Source: Candidatus Electrothrix yaqonensis | GTDB taxonomy: Bacteria > Desulfobacterota > Desulfobulbia > Desulfobulbales > Desulfobulbaceae | DNA length: 32,000 bases | Assembly (NCBI GenBank): GCA_047651235.1 | Contig: CP178758.1 | Span: forward strand, 2,880,001-2,912,000 | Direction of reading: 5' to 3' | In this document: in pieces, positions 31,718 through 32,000 of the stretch | How the letters are laid out: each line of letters starts with the position of its first letter | Numbering within the stretch: position 1 is the stretch's first letter | Position numbers and translations under genes: made by a program | The notes under the pieces: model-generated | The model's input: only the letters and a program-made list of their open reading frames with translations | The model's database searches: none | Told to the model about the DNA's origin: nothing

Positions 31718-32000
31718 GACCGTGAAAAAGAAGTTTGTCTGGTCAAGAACTTTAAGGTTTGTTGTAGGCAGTATTGTCTGGGCTGCACTCATCTCCGGGT
31801 TGCATTGGTGGCTGAATTTTGATCATGGTCATCAGAAGATTGTTAAAATGGGCTACATGCCCGTTATCACCAATATGGCGGCACCGCTGCTGGACCATGT
31901 CAGCACGAAGGACAGTGATGTCCGATTCAAAGCCCTGAAGTTCAGTTCATTTGCTGAAATGGCCGAGGCGCTTCGGAATGACGAGATTCAGGTAGCGTTC
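31707..32000 (+). CDS. Probable membrane-anchored NMT1/SsuA-like substrate-binding protein (5' part; runs off the window)
   Basis: The ATG at 31707 overlaps the ATPase stop by 11 nt. Sequence: MLSETVKKKFVWSRTLRFVVGSIVWAALISGL (anchor), then ..KIVKMGYMPVITNMAAPLL...FKALKFSSFAEMAEALRNDEIQVAF, typical of the first beta-alpha unit of NitT/TauT binding proteins. Open to the window end. Confidence 0.6.
   Translation, partial: MLSETVKKKFVWSRTLRFVVGSIVWAALISGLHWWLNFDHGHQKIVKMGYMPVITNMAAPLLDHVSTKDSDVRFKALKFSSFAEMAEALRNDEIQVAF

Overview
This 32-kb bacterial chromosomal window has no rRNA, no CRISPR array and no prophage. The gene content (DVU0298-like HEAT protein, DUF3343 protein, cytochrome P460, large Che cluster) weakly suggests a Desulfobacterota-like host.

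**Left ~7.4 kb (accessory, scarred by mobile elements).**
- An unknown gene of more than 342 codons is split by an ISAs1-family IS with perfect 18-bp inverted repeats and a 10-bp target duplication.
- A two-gene toxin-antitoxin pair follows. Its RelE/ParE-like toxin is cut off by an IS5-family element.
- Next comes a compact four-gene ter-like cassette on the minus strand: TerZ-like, TerD, TerY-type vWA, and a divergent TerD domain fused to a PD-(D/E)xK (HsdR-N-like) nuclease-fold domain. An orphan OmpR-type response regulator lies upstream. This cassette is my best candidate for an undescribed defence or stress module.

**Middle.**
- CAP/PR-1 protein, cytochrome P460 plus a remnant of a second copy, and a DUF3343 / YjeF_C-like gene pair.
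- An initiator tRNA-fMet with an intrinsic terminator.
- A patch of gene remnants: a CusA/CzcA fragment, a multiply frameshifted Fic gene and a transposase stub.
- A HEAT protein, a CN-hydrolase::RfaE-domain-II fusion and a PhnD-like binding protein.

**Right ~13 kb (atypical chemosensory cluster, then an ABC transporter).**
- REC-DUF4388(PATAN-like)-REC-CheB-like fusion.
- A giant MCP with a duplicated Cache-like sensor.
- CheW, CheY and a HAMP-only membrane protein.
- A 1154-aa CheA with one genuine and two His-less Hpt-like domains.
- A second CheB-like protein and a zinc-ribbon::ParA ATPase.
- No CheR is present, and both CheB-like proteins lack part of the Ser-His-Asp triad.
- A NitT/TauT-type ABC transporter follows.

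All family assignments come from reading motifs by eye. No database search was run.
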